A stretch of DNA of 64,000 nucleotides from Octopus sinensis. Its lineage: Eukaryota. Shown piece after piece: positions 53,180-64,000 of this stretch; positions within the stretch are counted from its first letter, which is position 1; the number at the start of each line of letters is the position of its first letter. The stretch lies in assembly GCF_006345805.1 (NCBI RefSeq), contig NC_043012.1, positions 51,894,001 through 51,958,000 of the forward strand, in the 5' to 3' direction. The translations under genes were made by a program, and so were the position numbers. Below the pieces are notes generated by a model. The model did no database searches. It saw only the letters and a program-made list of their open reading frames with translations, and had not been told where the DNA came from.

Positions 53180-53850
53180 GTTTCGACACCGAACGACAGC
53201 TATAAGAGATTGATAACAACGTCCCCTTCTCTCTTCATGCAGCTTCTTGCGTTCGGTTTCAGAGCACTCAATTTCAGCATCACAGACGGATTTCCATGCC
53301 TTTTGAATAACAGACAGAGCCTCAAACGGACTGGAAAGGACACAGCCTTAGAAGATGGAACCGCTTGAGATGATCAGGAAAATGAATGTTTGAACGTCCG
53401 TGACGCCTACCTCTAGTCTCGATCTCGCTGAGGAGAGCCATCTATTGGGAGCCAGTTAACTGGAATCAGAATTACATGTCCAACCCAGCGGAGAAGAAGA
53501 TTAAGGAAGCTGGATTCCACGCTGCAGATCCCAGCCCTGAGGACGATTCGGTGTGAGGGACCTGGTTGTATCACGTGAGATCAGAGATACTTTGAAGCGG
53601 TCTGATATGGAACGCTTCCAGTTGTCTGCTCTGGATACAATAAAGGTTCCAGCACTCAAAACCACACAGGAGGTCGGATAGACAGACAGCTCGATGAAAG
53701 GAAAGTTTTGCATTTGCACTAAGATTCTAGCTCCGAAAACTCGTTCGCTGAATCTCCCCAAATATTCCGATGATCTTACGAGGAGCGCAGTGCAAGAGAT
53801 CTTTCTTCCAAGTAGCAAAATGGATCCGCCTGCGGTAGAGAATACTTTAA
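53180..53850 (-). mobile_element. RTE-clade LINE, 3' part of RT, decayed
   Basis: GRFSERVF, RAVCLSDLLCGFECWNLY..QLEAFHIRPLQSI, VPHTE, LLRWVGHVILIPVNWLP. Confidence 0.88.
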
Positions 53851-54096
53851 TTTCTTATGAGATACTAAATTACCGAAAGTTGAATGTCTTTGCTAAAACG
53901 TTCAATCTGTAAACTATACCATTTATCTTTAGTTCATATTGAGTTCTCTTACGATTTTTGGTCTTTGATATTTGATGCAAGAATTTTGTCAAACACATAC
54001 ACACCAGTCTCTCGCACACAAACACACACACACACACAAACAAACGCATATATAAGCTCACACATGCATGACACACACGCATAAGCACACATATAC

Positions 54097-54157
<61 letters not shown>

Positions 54158-54169
54158 TATCTACATATT

Positions 54170-54520
54170 TTTCAATTAGCCGCCACCCAGATGTGTTTCT
54201 CTGCGTCATGCTAGGAATACCTGCCATCCCGATAACATTTTTTCCCAGTAACGTTTGTAGATCTCGAACTTCATGTATTGCCTGTATAAGACAACCGATG
54301 TTTCCACAATATGATACTTGCTATTGTCTGCAGTTCATTATCATAGCAGAGGGAAGCAAGTCCTAATATGTCGTCTACTGCTATAGTAAATTTTGATGGA
54401 CTATATCCATAAATCACAAGTCTGTTTATGATCTGGTATATGTCTGTTTATGATTATCTGGTGTATGTCCGGTTTATTAGTTTTGGCATACAAAATCCCA
54501 ATTAGATTAGTTTTGGTGGA
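54170..54520 (-). mobile_element. Possible R4/Dong-like endonuclease relic
   Basis: WDF, NKPDI, DHKQT..MDIV and GIPSM in order, heavily decayed. Confidence 0.4.
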
Positions 54521-55211
54521 GCAAGAGTACCACGTAGTTATACGGAACGCGAAAAGTGATGGTTGTACTTAATTAAAACTGCGCTAACCATAAAGAGTGG
54601 CCTTTTGTTCATCGTCATATACTGTAGATCGAGTCGATGATTCTTAGGTACTCTGAAAATAGAGAACAGGGAGGCAAGACATTATCAAAATGGAATAAGA
54701 TGATAGAGTATTTCTGCAGATGATAGAGTATTTCTATGATCAGTAGTTCTGAAGAGGTGCATTGTATTTAACTGAGAATATTCTTCTGTAATAAATGCTG
54801 TACGCTAGCCATTGGGATTTCTGTAATTTGACACATGCTCAGAAACGCTGACAGAGATGGAATAGCAGATATTTCCAATACTCAGAAGAGAGGATTTGGT
54901 GAAGCTTTTATTAAAATATTCAGTGAATGAAAACAATGTAGACAAAAAGAGAGAGAAAGTCAGATGGATGCGGTTAGGTTAAACAGAATTTCCGCCATCG
55001 AAAACGTTGTAGCAGTGACATGTAACGTAGATTAAGCATACAGTAAGTGCATAAATGTAGATTGCAATCAGAAAGGCGGACCTTGTTCTATACTAGAATG
55101 TAATATATGTTTATATATATATATATATATATTTCCATCTCCTGAGCGCCTATTAATAATAATACTGTAATTGTTCCTGTTGTTGTTGTTTTTTGTTCCC
55201 TTTTGGATTAA

Positions 55212-55252
<41 letters not shown>

Positions 55253-55510
55253 CATGTGTGTGTTATATATATAGACGGGGATAGTTTTATTCGTGTGGTG
55301 ACTATGATGCATTTCTTTGCTCGTAATTTTTGAGTAACCTGCGTAGCGTTCTTTTTCCATGTATATGCATTTAAGTAATTGGTAATTCTGAAGTATTTTA
55401 TACATATATTGCATTGATGAGTACTTACATGCATCTCTCACTCTATCCTTCTCTCTCCTCTCTCCCTTTAACTCTCTCCTCTCTCAATATATATATTCGT
55501 AGGTATAATC

Positions 55511-55556
<46 letters not shown>

Positions 55557-55564
<8 letters not shown>

Positions 55565-55801
55565 AAAGGGCTTAGTAAAATAAATTACTTTGCCGCATAC
55601 TGAACTCATTAGAAATAGCAGCCAAAAAAAACTTTTCTAAAACTATTTCTAATACTTAAAGAAAACCTCTCTCATATAGTGTATCAGAGAGGTTTTCTTT
55701 AAGTATTAGAAATAGTTTTAGAAAAGTTTTTTTTGGCTGCTATTTCTAATGAGTTCAGTATGCGGCAAAGTAATTTATTTTACTAAGCCCTTTTATATAA
55801 T
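55557..55801. repeat. Perfect 116-bp inverted repeat with a 13-nt spacer, in a (TA)n-embedded element (to about 55895)
   Basis: 55557-55672 is the exact reverse complement of 55686-55801. Spacer catatagtgtatc. Confidence 0.97.
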
Positions 55802-55957
55802 GTAATAATTTGAATTCGCCTTAAATGGTCCCTTTGCATACTGAATACTTGGTGAAATTGATTAATTAATTAATTTTACCCTCAATTGTTGAAATTATAT
55901 ATATATATATATATGCCTATATATTCGTACTTGCACACATATCTATCTATTTGTCCG

Positions 55958-56087
55958 ACGTGGCTGTGTGGTAAGAAGTTTGGTTCTCAGCCACCTGGTT
56001 CCGGGTTGAGTCCGAATGTTGCACCTTAGCAAGTGTCCTCTGCTATAGACTCGGGCGGACTTGGTACACGGAAGCTGAAAGAATCCC

Positions 56088-56090
<3 letters not shown>
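55958..56090 (+). mobile_element. SINE family A, 5' half
   Basis: gtggctgtgtggtaagaag...ccgggttgagtcc...gaaagaatcccgcc then (TA)n. Confidence 0.8.
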
Positions 56091-56161
<71 letters not shown>

Positions 56162-56571
56162 ATATATATACATATCAAAGCAAATCCATAAATACGAAAC
56201 AAGGAAAGCGGCAGACATGTTGTACAGAGCATATTAGATTAACGCTCTGTGAAAGTTTTAGATTGAAAAATAGGGATAGAAATACCATTTCGAGCATAGT
56301 TCTGAATCGGATAAAGGGAAATAGCCAGAGAAGAGGACAAGAAAGAACAAACTGATAGGCAAGAGAAAAGGTTGTTGGACAGAAATAGAAAATCTGGTTG
56401 TTGGAAGCAAGATGAAGCAAAAATTGTCATTGTGTGTCTGCGTGCGTGAGTGTGTTTGTGCATGTTTGTTTGTGCCTGTGTGTGTGCGACTGTATATGTG
56501 TGTGTGTATGCTTGTGTGTGTAAGAAAGTATGTGCGTGTGCATTTGATAATTGTATGTGAAGAATAGATAG

Positions 56572-57110
56572 GCGTGGCTGTGTGGTGAGAAATTAGCTTC
56601 TCAACCATATGGTTCTGGGTTTAGTACCGCTACGTGTCACCTTGGGCAAATGTCTTCTACGATATCCTCGGGTTCTCGAAAGCATTGAGACTGTATTTTA
56701 TATATGGAATCTGAAAAAAGCCTGTTGTGTGTATGTGTGTGCGCGCGTGCGCGCGTGTGTGTACTTCTATCTGTATTAGTCCCCCACCACTAATTGACAA
56801 CCTATTTCTTTACTACCCACAAGGGGCTAAACATAGAGGGGACAAACAAGGACAGACAAACAGATTAAGTCGATTACATCGACCTCAAATCGTAACTGGT
56901 ACTTGGTTTATCGACCCCGAAAGGATGAAAGGCAAAGTCGACAAACAGCGTTGGTGTGTTTACGGCCGTGTAAGCTACTGGTTCGGCAAAAATAACATAA
57001 CCGATTCAATAAAAACTACACTAAAAATGCTCGTGGGGGGGATTCGTTCTGAGAAAAATTCTTCAAAGTAGAATCCTGCTTGGTCACAGTCTAATGACTG
57101 ATACAAGTGA
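56572..57110 (+). mobile_element. SINE family A interrupted by an antisense SINE B (56801-56942)
   Basis: The family A body breaks at ttgacaac and resumes at aaacagcgttggtgtgtttacg. Confidence 0.8.
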
Positions 57111-57261
57111 TAGATGTTTTTGTTTCCGTGCGCATGCGTGTGTGTTTGCGTGAGCGAGTATCGAGTAACGGGCTTCGCAGAACGCTTGTATTGCGTGTGT
57201 GCGAGTGTGTATGTGTGTGCGTTCGTGTGTGTGTGTGTTTGTTAGTGTGTGTGGTGTGTAT

Positions 57262-58020
57262 GAGGGTGGAACTAACAGGTGAGTAGTAGCAGGGTGTAGC
57301 AGTAGCTTAATGTGGGGTCGAGAGGCTGGTTGATGAGTCGAGTGTGTATTGGGTGTGTACGTATGTATTTATGCGTGTTCTTATGAGTGTGTGTGTGTGT
57401 ACATGAGTGTATGTAAATATGTGTGTATTTGTATGTGTGTATGTATGTGTATGTATATTTGCGTGTGTACGCTGGTGTGTATGTGTGCGTCAATGTATAT
57501 GAGGGATTTTTTTACATGCTTATGATTATATGTAAATGTGTGTGTGTGTGAGTATGTGTGTGTGTCTATGTTTTATGTATAAGGTAATGTAAATTTTGCA
57601 TGTGTGTGGATGAGTGTGGAAGATATACAGAGAGGAGAAAGTAGAGAAAAGTAGAATGAGACAGGTGCGAGAAATAAAAGTATGGAAGTCGGAAGCTGTT
57701 GCATGAAGGAGCGGGGGAAATCTGGTGTTGATGCGTCCATGGTGTAAGACCAGGCCATGGTGTAAGCCTATGGTGTAAGACACACACCGTGCACAAACAT
57801 TCTTATTTCTTTACTGCCCACAAGGGGTTACACACAGAGGAGACAAACAAGGACAGACAAGTGGGTTAAGTCAATTATATCGACCCCAGTGCGTAACTGG
57901 TACTTATTTAATCGACTCCGAAAGAATGAAAGGCAAAGTGACCTCGGCGAAATTTGAACGTAGCGGCAGACGAAATACCACTAAGCATTTCTCCCGGCGT
58001 GCTAACGTTTCTGCCAGCTC
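57262..58020 (-). mobile_element. Copy 2 of the composite: full SINE B (57815-58020) plus ~550-bp 3' extension
   Basis: Colinear with 47641-48226. The SINE head is intact here. Confidence 0.9.
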
Positions 58021-58120
58021 CGGATACATAGCGGCAAAACTAGGTACGTTTAAGGCAATACATGTTGATACAGGAAATACAAGGACAGTCATGTGTGTGT
58101 TTGTGTGTGTGTGAGAGGGA

Positions 58121-58153
<33 letters not shown>

Positions 58154-58499
58154 GCAGGGAGAGAGTGAGAGAAAGAGAGAGTGTGTATGTATATTTTATG
58201 TTTTATCCATTACTTTTTCAGTCATTAGACTGCGGCCATGCCGGGGCACTGATTCGAAATTTTTAGCCGAGTGATTCGACCCCAGTACTTCTTTGGGATC
58301 TTTTCTGTTTGGTTACCAGCGGCTCCTTAAAAAAACAGTCTACCGAAAGTTTTAAAATTTGGCACAGTAATTCACTTGCCAAAACTAAATTACTGGAGTT
58401 GTTTTTTGGTTTTTTTCAGAAAAATATTTTAAAAAGTTATAGAGGCTTAAAATTTGCTCATTGTCACCTAGTTAGAGAACAGGGCTATCTATCTCTCTG

Positions 58500-58564
58500 C
58501 ATAGACAGGCAGACATACATACAGACAGACAGACAGATAGATAGATAGATTGATAGACAGATAA

Positions 58565-58652
<88 letters not shown>

Positions 58653-58653
58653 T

Positions 58654-58719
<66 letters not shown>

Positions 58720-58720
58720 T
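58500..58720. repeat. (GACA)n(GATA)n microsatellite
   Basis: Directly visible. Confidence 0.95.
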
Positions 58721-59081
58721 CCTGAAAGAGAATGGTTTCTTTTAGAGGCCTGCGAACCTAAAAGTCTCATAGAACCGAATCAAACTCATTTGAATTACAC
58801 ACACATACACACAACCACGCACACACACAACCACGCACACACACAAATACTCACACATACACACATACACATATATACAAGCAGAAGTATATATGCATAC
58901 ACACACGTGAACGTATACTCAGAAATATAGACACATTCACACACACACGTATGTAGACATATATAATTGGCTGGATGTATGCACCTTTGTTCTTGTATGA
59001 TATACTTATATATATATACATATATATATATATACATATATATATATACATACATTTATATGTATGTGTATATATCTATAT

Positions 59082-59152
<71 letters not shown>

Positions 59153-59486
59153 TCTGTATGCTTGTATGGCTGTAAAGAGTTTGAAAGTACTGAATTTTAT
59201 ACATATTAAAACAAACACAAGAAGATACATCGTGCATAAAGACTTTAGCTCACAGACAATTAATCGTGTACACAAACAGATATGCTTCTTTATAAATATC
59301 AAAGTTACCTTCATTCATATACATATTCTGTTCTTTTGTTGTTTTCTGCGCATGAGAAAGCATATCATACTACGAAGATGAAATGCTTTACGTAAGTAAT
59401 GCATGTGCTTATGGGCGTATGTATGTGCGCATGTGTGTGAGCGTACTTAAGTATCTATCTGTATATGAATATGTATAACTATATGT

Positions 59487-59582
<96 letters not shown>

Positions 59583-59989
59583 TATACATATATATACACA
59601 CACATATATATATACATATACATAGCATATGCATCTTTTAGTAATATGTACAAATTAGCATTAATGCGGCTTTGTAGTTTTACTAAGCAATATCTGTGAA
59701 CGGAAAGAAAGTATTAAAACAAAAGAGCTCGAAGCTGATGGCATCTTCAATTGTTGTTTGTATTCTTTCTATTCCGGTCAGGAATAGCCTCATTAAAGCA
59801 ACGCTATCTCTAGTAGAGCATTATTTCGAATGTTAAGCGAAGCGAGACCTCATGCAAATCAAGCTAAAGTAACAATTTCAAATCACCGAGATAGGGCAAG
59901 AAGAGAGATTGTATGTAAGAGCGAAAGAATGCGAGAATGGGATGGATGAGAGTGAGAGAAAGTAAGCGAATGATTGTGTGTGTGTGTGC

Positions 59990-60046
<57 letters not shown>

Positions 60047-61091
60047 TGTGTGTGTCTGTGTGTGTATTGTGCGTGAGAGAGGAAAAGAAATATATGATAT
60101 ATAAAAAAAATTGCCCGAGAAAAAGAGACAGACAGACGGAGAAAAATACAAAGCAGTAATAAGAAATGAAAGGTAATGTGAGCTGTTTATTTTTGTGTGT
60201 TGTGTGCGTGTGCTATGGAAAGAGATACTGAGAAAAAGAGGAAAAAATACTTCTTTTGTGATTAAATTAGTTTCAATAAGGACAGTACAATAATAGACGT
60301 GTTGCTTGAATAACGGGAAACTAATTATTGCCAATATCTTGTAAGAAACGGATTAATATATTGTTTTTAATGAAAGACTAAACACCAGTTTCTGATTGAG
60401 ATGAACAATGTATTAGCAGAATGTTTTGTGTTGATTTGTGTGTTTTTCTTCTGCGTCTGTTAATATTAAACTTGCTGCTGTTGCTGTTGTACGTGTTATT
60501 GCTGTCGCCCTTGCTGCTGCCGCTGCCACTTCTGCCGCTGCTGCTGCCTCCGTTGTTGTTTCATTGCTTATTGCAAATATATTTATTAATGGTGATTGAT
60601 ATCGTGGCTCTTGAGCTCCAGGTCAACCTTTGTTCAAAAAGAATATGATCAAAAACATTCTGATCATGAGCAAGGCAAGGCTACATTGCTCCAGAGAGAA
60701 ATCTATGATTTACCAGAAAATTCGCTGTTGTTTCCAGCTAATCAAACGATCATCGTTTGTCTCATTACTGCAGTTATTGTTCGAAATTGTATCGTTACAA
60801 AATACACGTTCTTGTCTGGATTCTAATGTAAGGAAGATAAGCTATATGACGAACTAATTTCTTTTCACTTCCTTTTTACTATGAGAACTATCTTCTTTTA
60901 TAGGTTCAATAGAATACTTTCCTTTGCATAAATGGCAGCCATCTTTTAGCCTGTGTCACCATTCAGTATTATTCTATAGACCATTATCCAGAAATATCTA
61001 TTGTTCGTAAAATAGTGCATCTATGTATCTATAACTGAATGCATGAATGCATTTATAGATGTACAAACACTCATATACGCACTTTCGTGTA

Positions 61092-61164
<73 letters not shown>

Positions 61165-62716
61165 GTATATATGTATATATGTATGTATGTTATATATTCG
61201 CATGTACATATATGTATTATGTATTGTATATGCATGTACATATATATTCATATATATGTATTTATCTACCTACCAATGTATTATCTCTCTCTCTCTCCTT
61301 TTCTCTGTATGTGTGTGTGCATGTTGGTGCATGAGTGTATATGTGAATATATCTATCTGACATCTTGTATGATGGTATTGTATGTTGAAATGTACGCATT
61401 CGACAAAGTAGTGTCGATGGCATGGTATGAAAGAAGTGTGTTTGTTTATGCATTTTATCAAGATATTTGGTATAACAAACATAACCCTATATGTATCCCT
61501 TCCATTCAATTCTAATCCATTTTTATATCAAAGGATCAATGATACTACACGAATTTCATTTTACGTAACAACCATTGCAATGATACAAACAGCTGAAAAA
61601 CTGAAATGAATTTGTTTGCTATCAAGGGGAGGAAACGTCTGCCATATTGAAGATTAGTTCGCGTAGTGGTAAAAATTTAGTAGATTTTGCGAAAATATAA
61701 TGGGTGACAGAATGATAGTTTGACATTTTACTGGAAATAAGTTTGTCAGCTCTTGACGTTTCTTCTTTTCTATGTGTCTACCATAACTGCATATTCAGAA
61801 AGACGGTTATAGTCTGAGCAGCATTTTACCAATATAAAATAGTAAGATGTTAACTTTTAATAAAAAATATTAACGTTGTAAAATGTACCGTTCCGCCATT
61901 TGCTTTTTGACTTGTTTGTTGTCTATCTAGAGAATAATTATTATCGGGTATTTTGATGTTTAACTTAAATGCTTACTGAGTTTTAAGCAATGGTCGAAAA
62001 TCTGCGCAGTGGTATGTAATATAAGTTTCAGAACTGCGATGTCGTGTACAGTTCCGGAAATTAAGTCAATCATATGCACACACTATTTTACAAATGCAAG
62101 AGCGCCATAACTACTACCACACAATTACAGACATATGCAGAAAATATGGTGCAGACGCATGTAAATGATTGCAGACAATCACATATACACGCATATACAC
62201 ATACAGAGAGTTAAAGAACAGTAACGCCATAAAAACATCACCGTATAAATATATATACAGAAACCCTATAAGAATTTATATGCTTATATTAATTCAATAA
62301 TCAGTTTCAACAAAGAGCAATTAGAGATATGTTTTAGCTTGTATTCAGACAAGTGTAATATGGCCAACAGAAATTTTACATAATTAATAGGCTAATTAGT
62401 AATTTAGTTAATTAATATGCGCTGGCAAATTCTTACTGATATTTAATTGGGAAAAATTGGAGTCTGTTACTGACAGTATTGTTCGTAGGTAGTTTTAGGT
62501 TCCTTCATTCAATGCTGAATAAAACTGAAACTCTTGATAAAGTCTAGCTATAACAAATTAGTTGTGAATCTCTTCCCATGTTGTCGAGAGATTGATATGG
62601 TTTATCAACAAGAACTATTTACGGTTCGTGGCAAGATTACCTTTATTAAAATTACTCATACATTTTCATTTGTAATCTCCCTGCAATTATGTGTGTGCAT
62701 ATATATATATAATAAA

Positions 62717-63100
62717 GGGTGAAATTAATTAATTTAGAAATAATCATTAATTTCACCAGATATATATAACCATATATATACAGATATATATAACCATATA
62801 TATACATAGGTTTACATAAATACATATATGCGTCGTTTGTTTTTTAAGTGCTTTGTTTTTACTGGGATCTCCCTTTTAAGTAGAAAGAATAGCCAAAACA
62901 TTTTGACTGCTATTTCTAAATGTGGTTTGTCGTGAGGCAAATCGTTGCTGAACCCTTAATTACTTAGTATTACTTAAACCTTCCTTGAATGGGTCTTTTA
63001 CATGCCGAACTCTATTTGGTGAAATTAATGATTATTTCTAAATTAATTAATTTCACCCAGATATATATAACCATATATATAGATAGGTTTACATAAATAT
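62717..63100. repeat. Rearranged TA-embedded element: 42-bp perfect inverted repeat plus 24-bp direct repeats
   Basis: 62717-62758 is the exact rc of 63017-63058. agatatatataaccatatatata(c/g) occurs at 62758, 62782 and 63059. 62880-63058 is related to the 41136 and 55686 family. Confidence 0.85.
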
Positions 63101-63258
63101 ATATATATATATATGGATTACATATTTATGAGTATAACACACTAACACAAGACGCATATGCATATATGTGTGTATTAAACTCATCCCACTATACACATAT
63201 ATGTATACCTCCATTTATGTATATACATATATTTACATATATTTATTTCTCTATTCCT

Positions 63259-63353
<95 letters not shown>

Positions 63354-64000
63354 AATGTGTCTGTGCGTGTGTGTGTGGTGGGGTATAAAACAAGAAGAAA
63401 TTACTTAGAATACTTTATCACTTTTAACCAAGCAGCTACTGTTTTTCCTCGTTTTAAGGCGACCTTTTCATCCTGGTAAAACAAAACTGAAGTTAACAAA
63501 ACTTTCATAATATCAGTTCGGTACCTTCACATATCTTCTAATGAATATCAGCATGTAACGTGTATAAGAAAACATGTGAAATTCATAAGCTTATACCATG
63601 AGATTAATTTATATGAAGCTTTTGCCCCTGTTTTAAAAGGTTGAAATAAGACGACAGAAAATAGTGGTAGCTTAGTAAAAACATGTACATATTGTCTTTT
63701 TGTTTTATTATAGAGTTTTCTAAGTATTGTCTGTTTCCTTTTCTTTTTCTCTTTTCTTTTTGTTTTTTGCAATACGAATTTACTCTTGTGAAACCTCCCA
63801 CTCCTCGAAATACGTACGCACATATATAGGTAGATAGATACATACATACATATAAATATACACACACTCCTTCTTCTCTTCCTTCCTGAGCGTCCAATAA
63901 TACTATATTTGTTCTACGTCTTCGCGTTGTTGTGTTTTCATATTTGGATTAACTTATATATATATATATATATATATAAAACGAAGCAATGGTGCAAACG

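Noticed and set aside
60470-60560. CTG/CAG-rich stretch suggesting poly-Q or poly-A coding
   Set aside because: Imperfect trinucleotide microsatellite in repeat-rich context, with no splice support.
60596-60826. QKEYDQKH peptide resembling an R4-type LINE motif
   Set aside because: One short match only. Neighbouring motifs were not found.
61748-61805. Minus-strand CUGAAUA...GAAAC-GUC
   Set aside because: Core mismatch, no stem II and weak stem I.

Overview
AT-rich animal genomic DNA, dense in microsatellites and transposable elements. The SINE families and repeat landscape look like an Octopus genome (inference, no search run). No host protein-coding gene can be named. The window holds about 25 copies or fragments of four tRNA-headed SINE families and decayed LINE fragments (RTE x2, R4/Dong-like x3, Tx1/L1-like, a CR1/L2-like spacer). 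It also holds a Penelope-like relic, two mariner pseudogenes (one full length with TIRs), a Tc1 fragment, pogo/Tc2 and hAT MITE-like elements, and a 398-bp non-autonomous Helitron. The most striking signal is a set of short elements, mostly embedded in (TA)n tracts, that carry type I hammerhead ribozyme motifs and/or form fold-back structures. The best case is a 464-bp zero-spacer palindrome (20556-21019) with a consensus-intact hammerhead on each strand. Five more hammerhead-like loci of mostly unrelated sequence and two more inverted-repeat structures occur elsewhere. Four strong splice-site-bounded 15-23 nt segments, all on the minus strand, may be micro-exons of an unidentified host gene. 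Almost all ORFs in the supplied track are microsatellite artefacts. All alignments and folds were done by eye.
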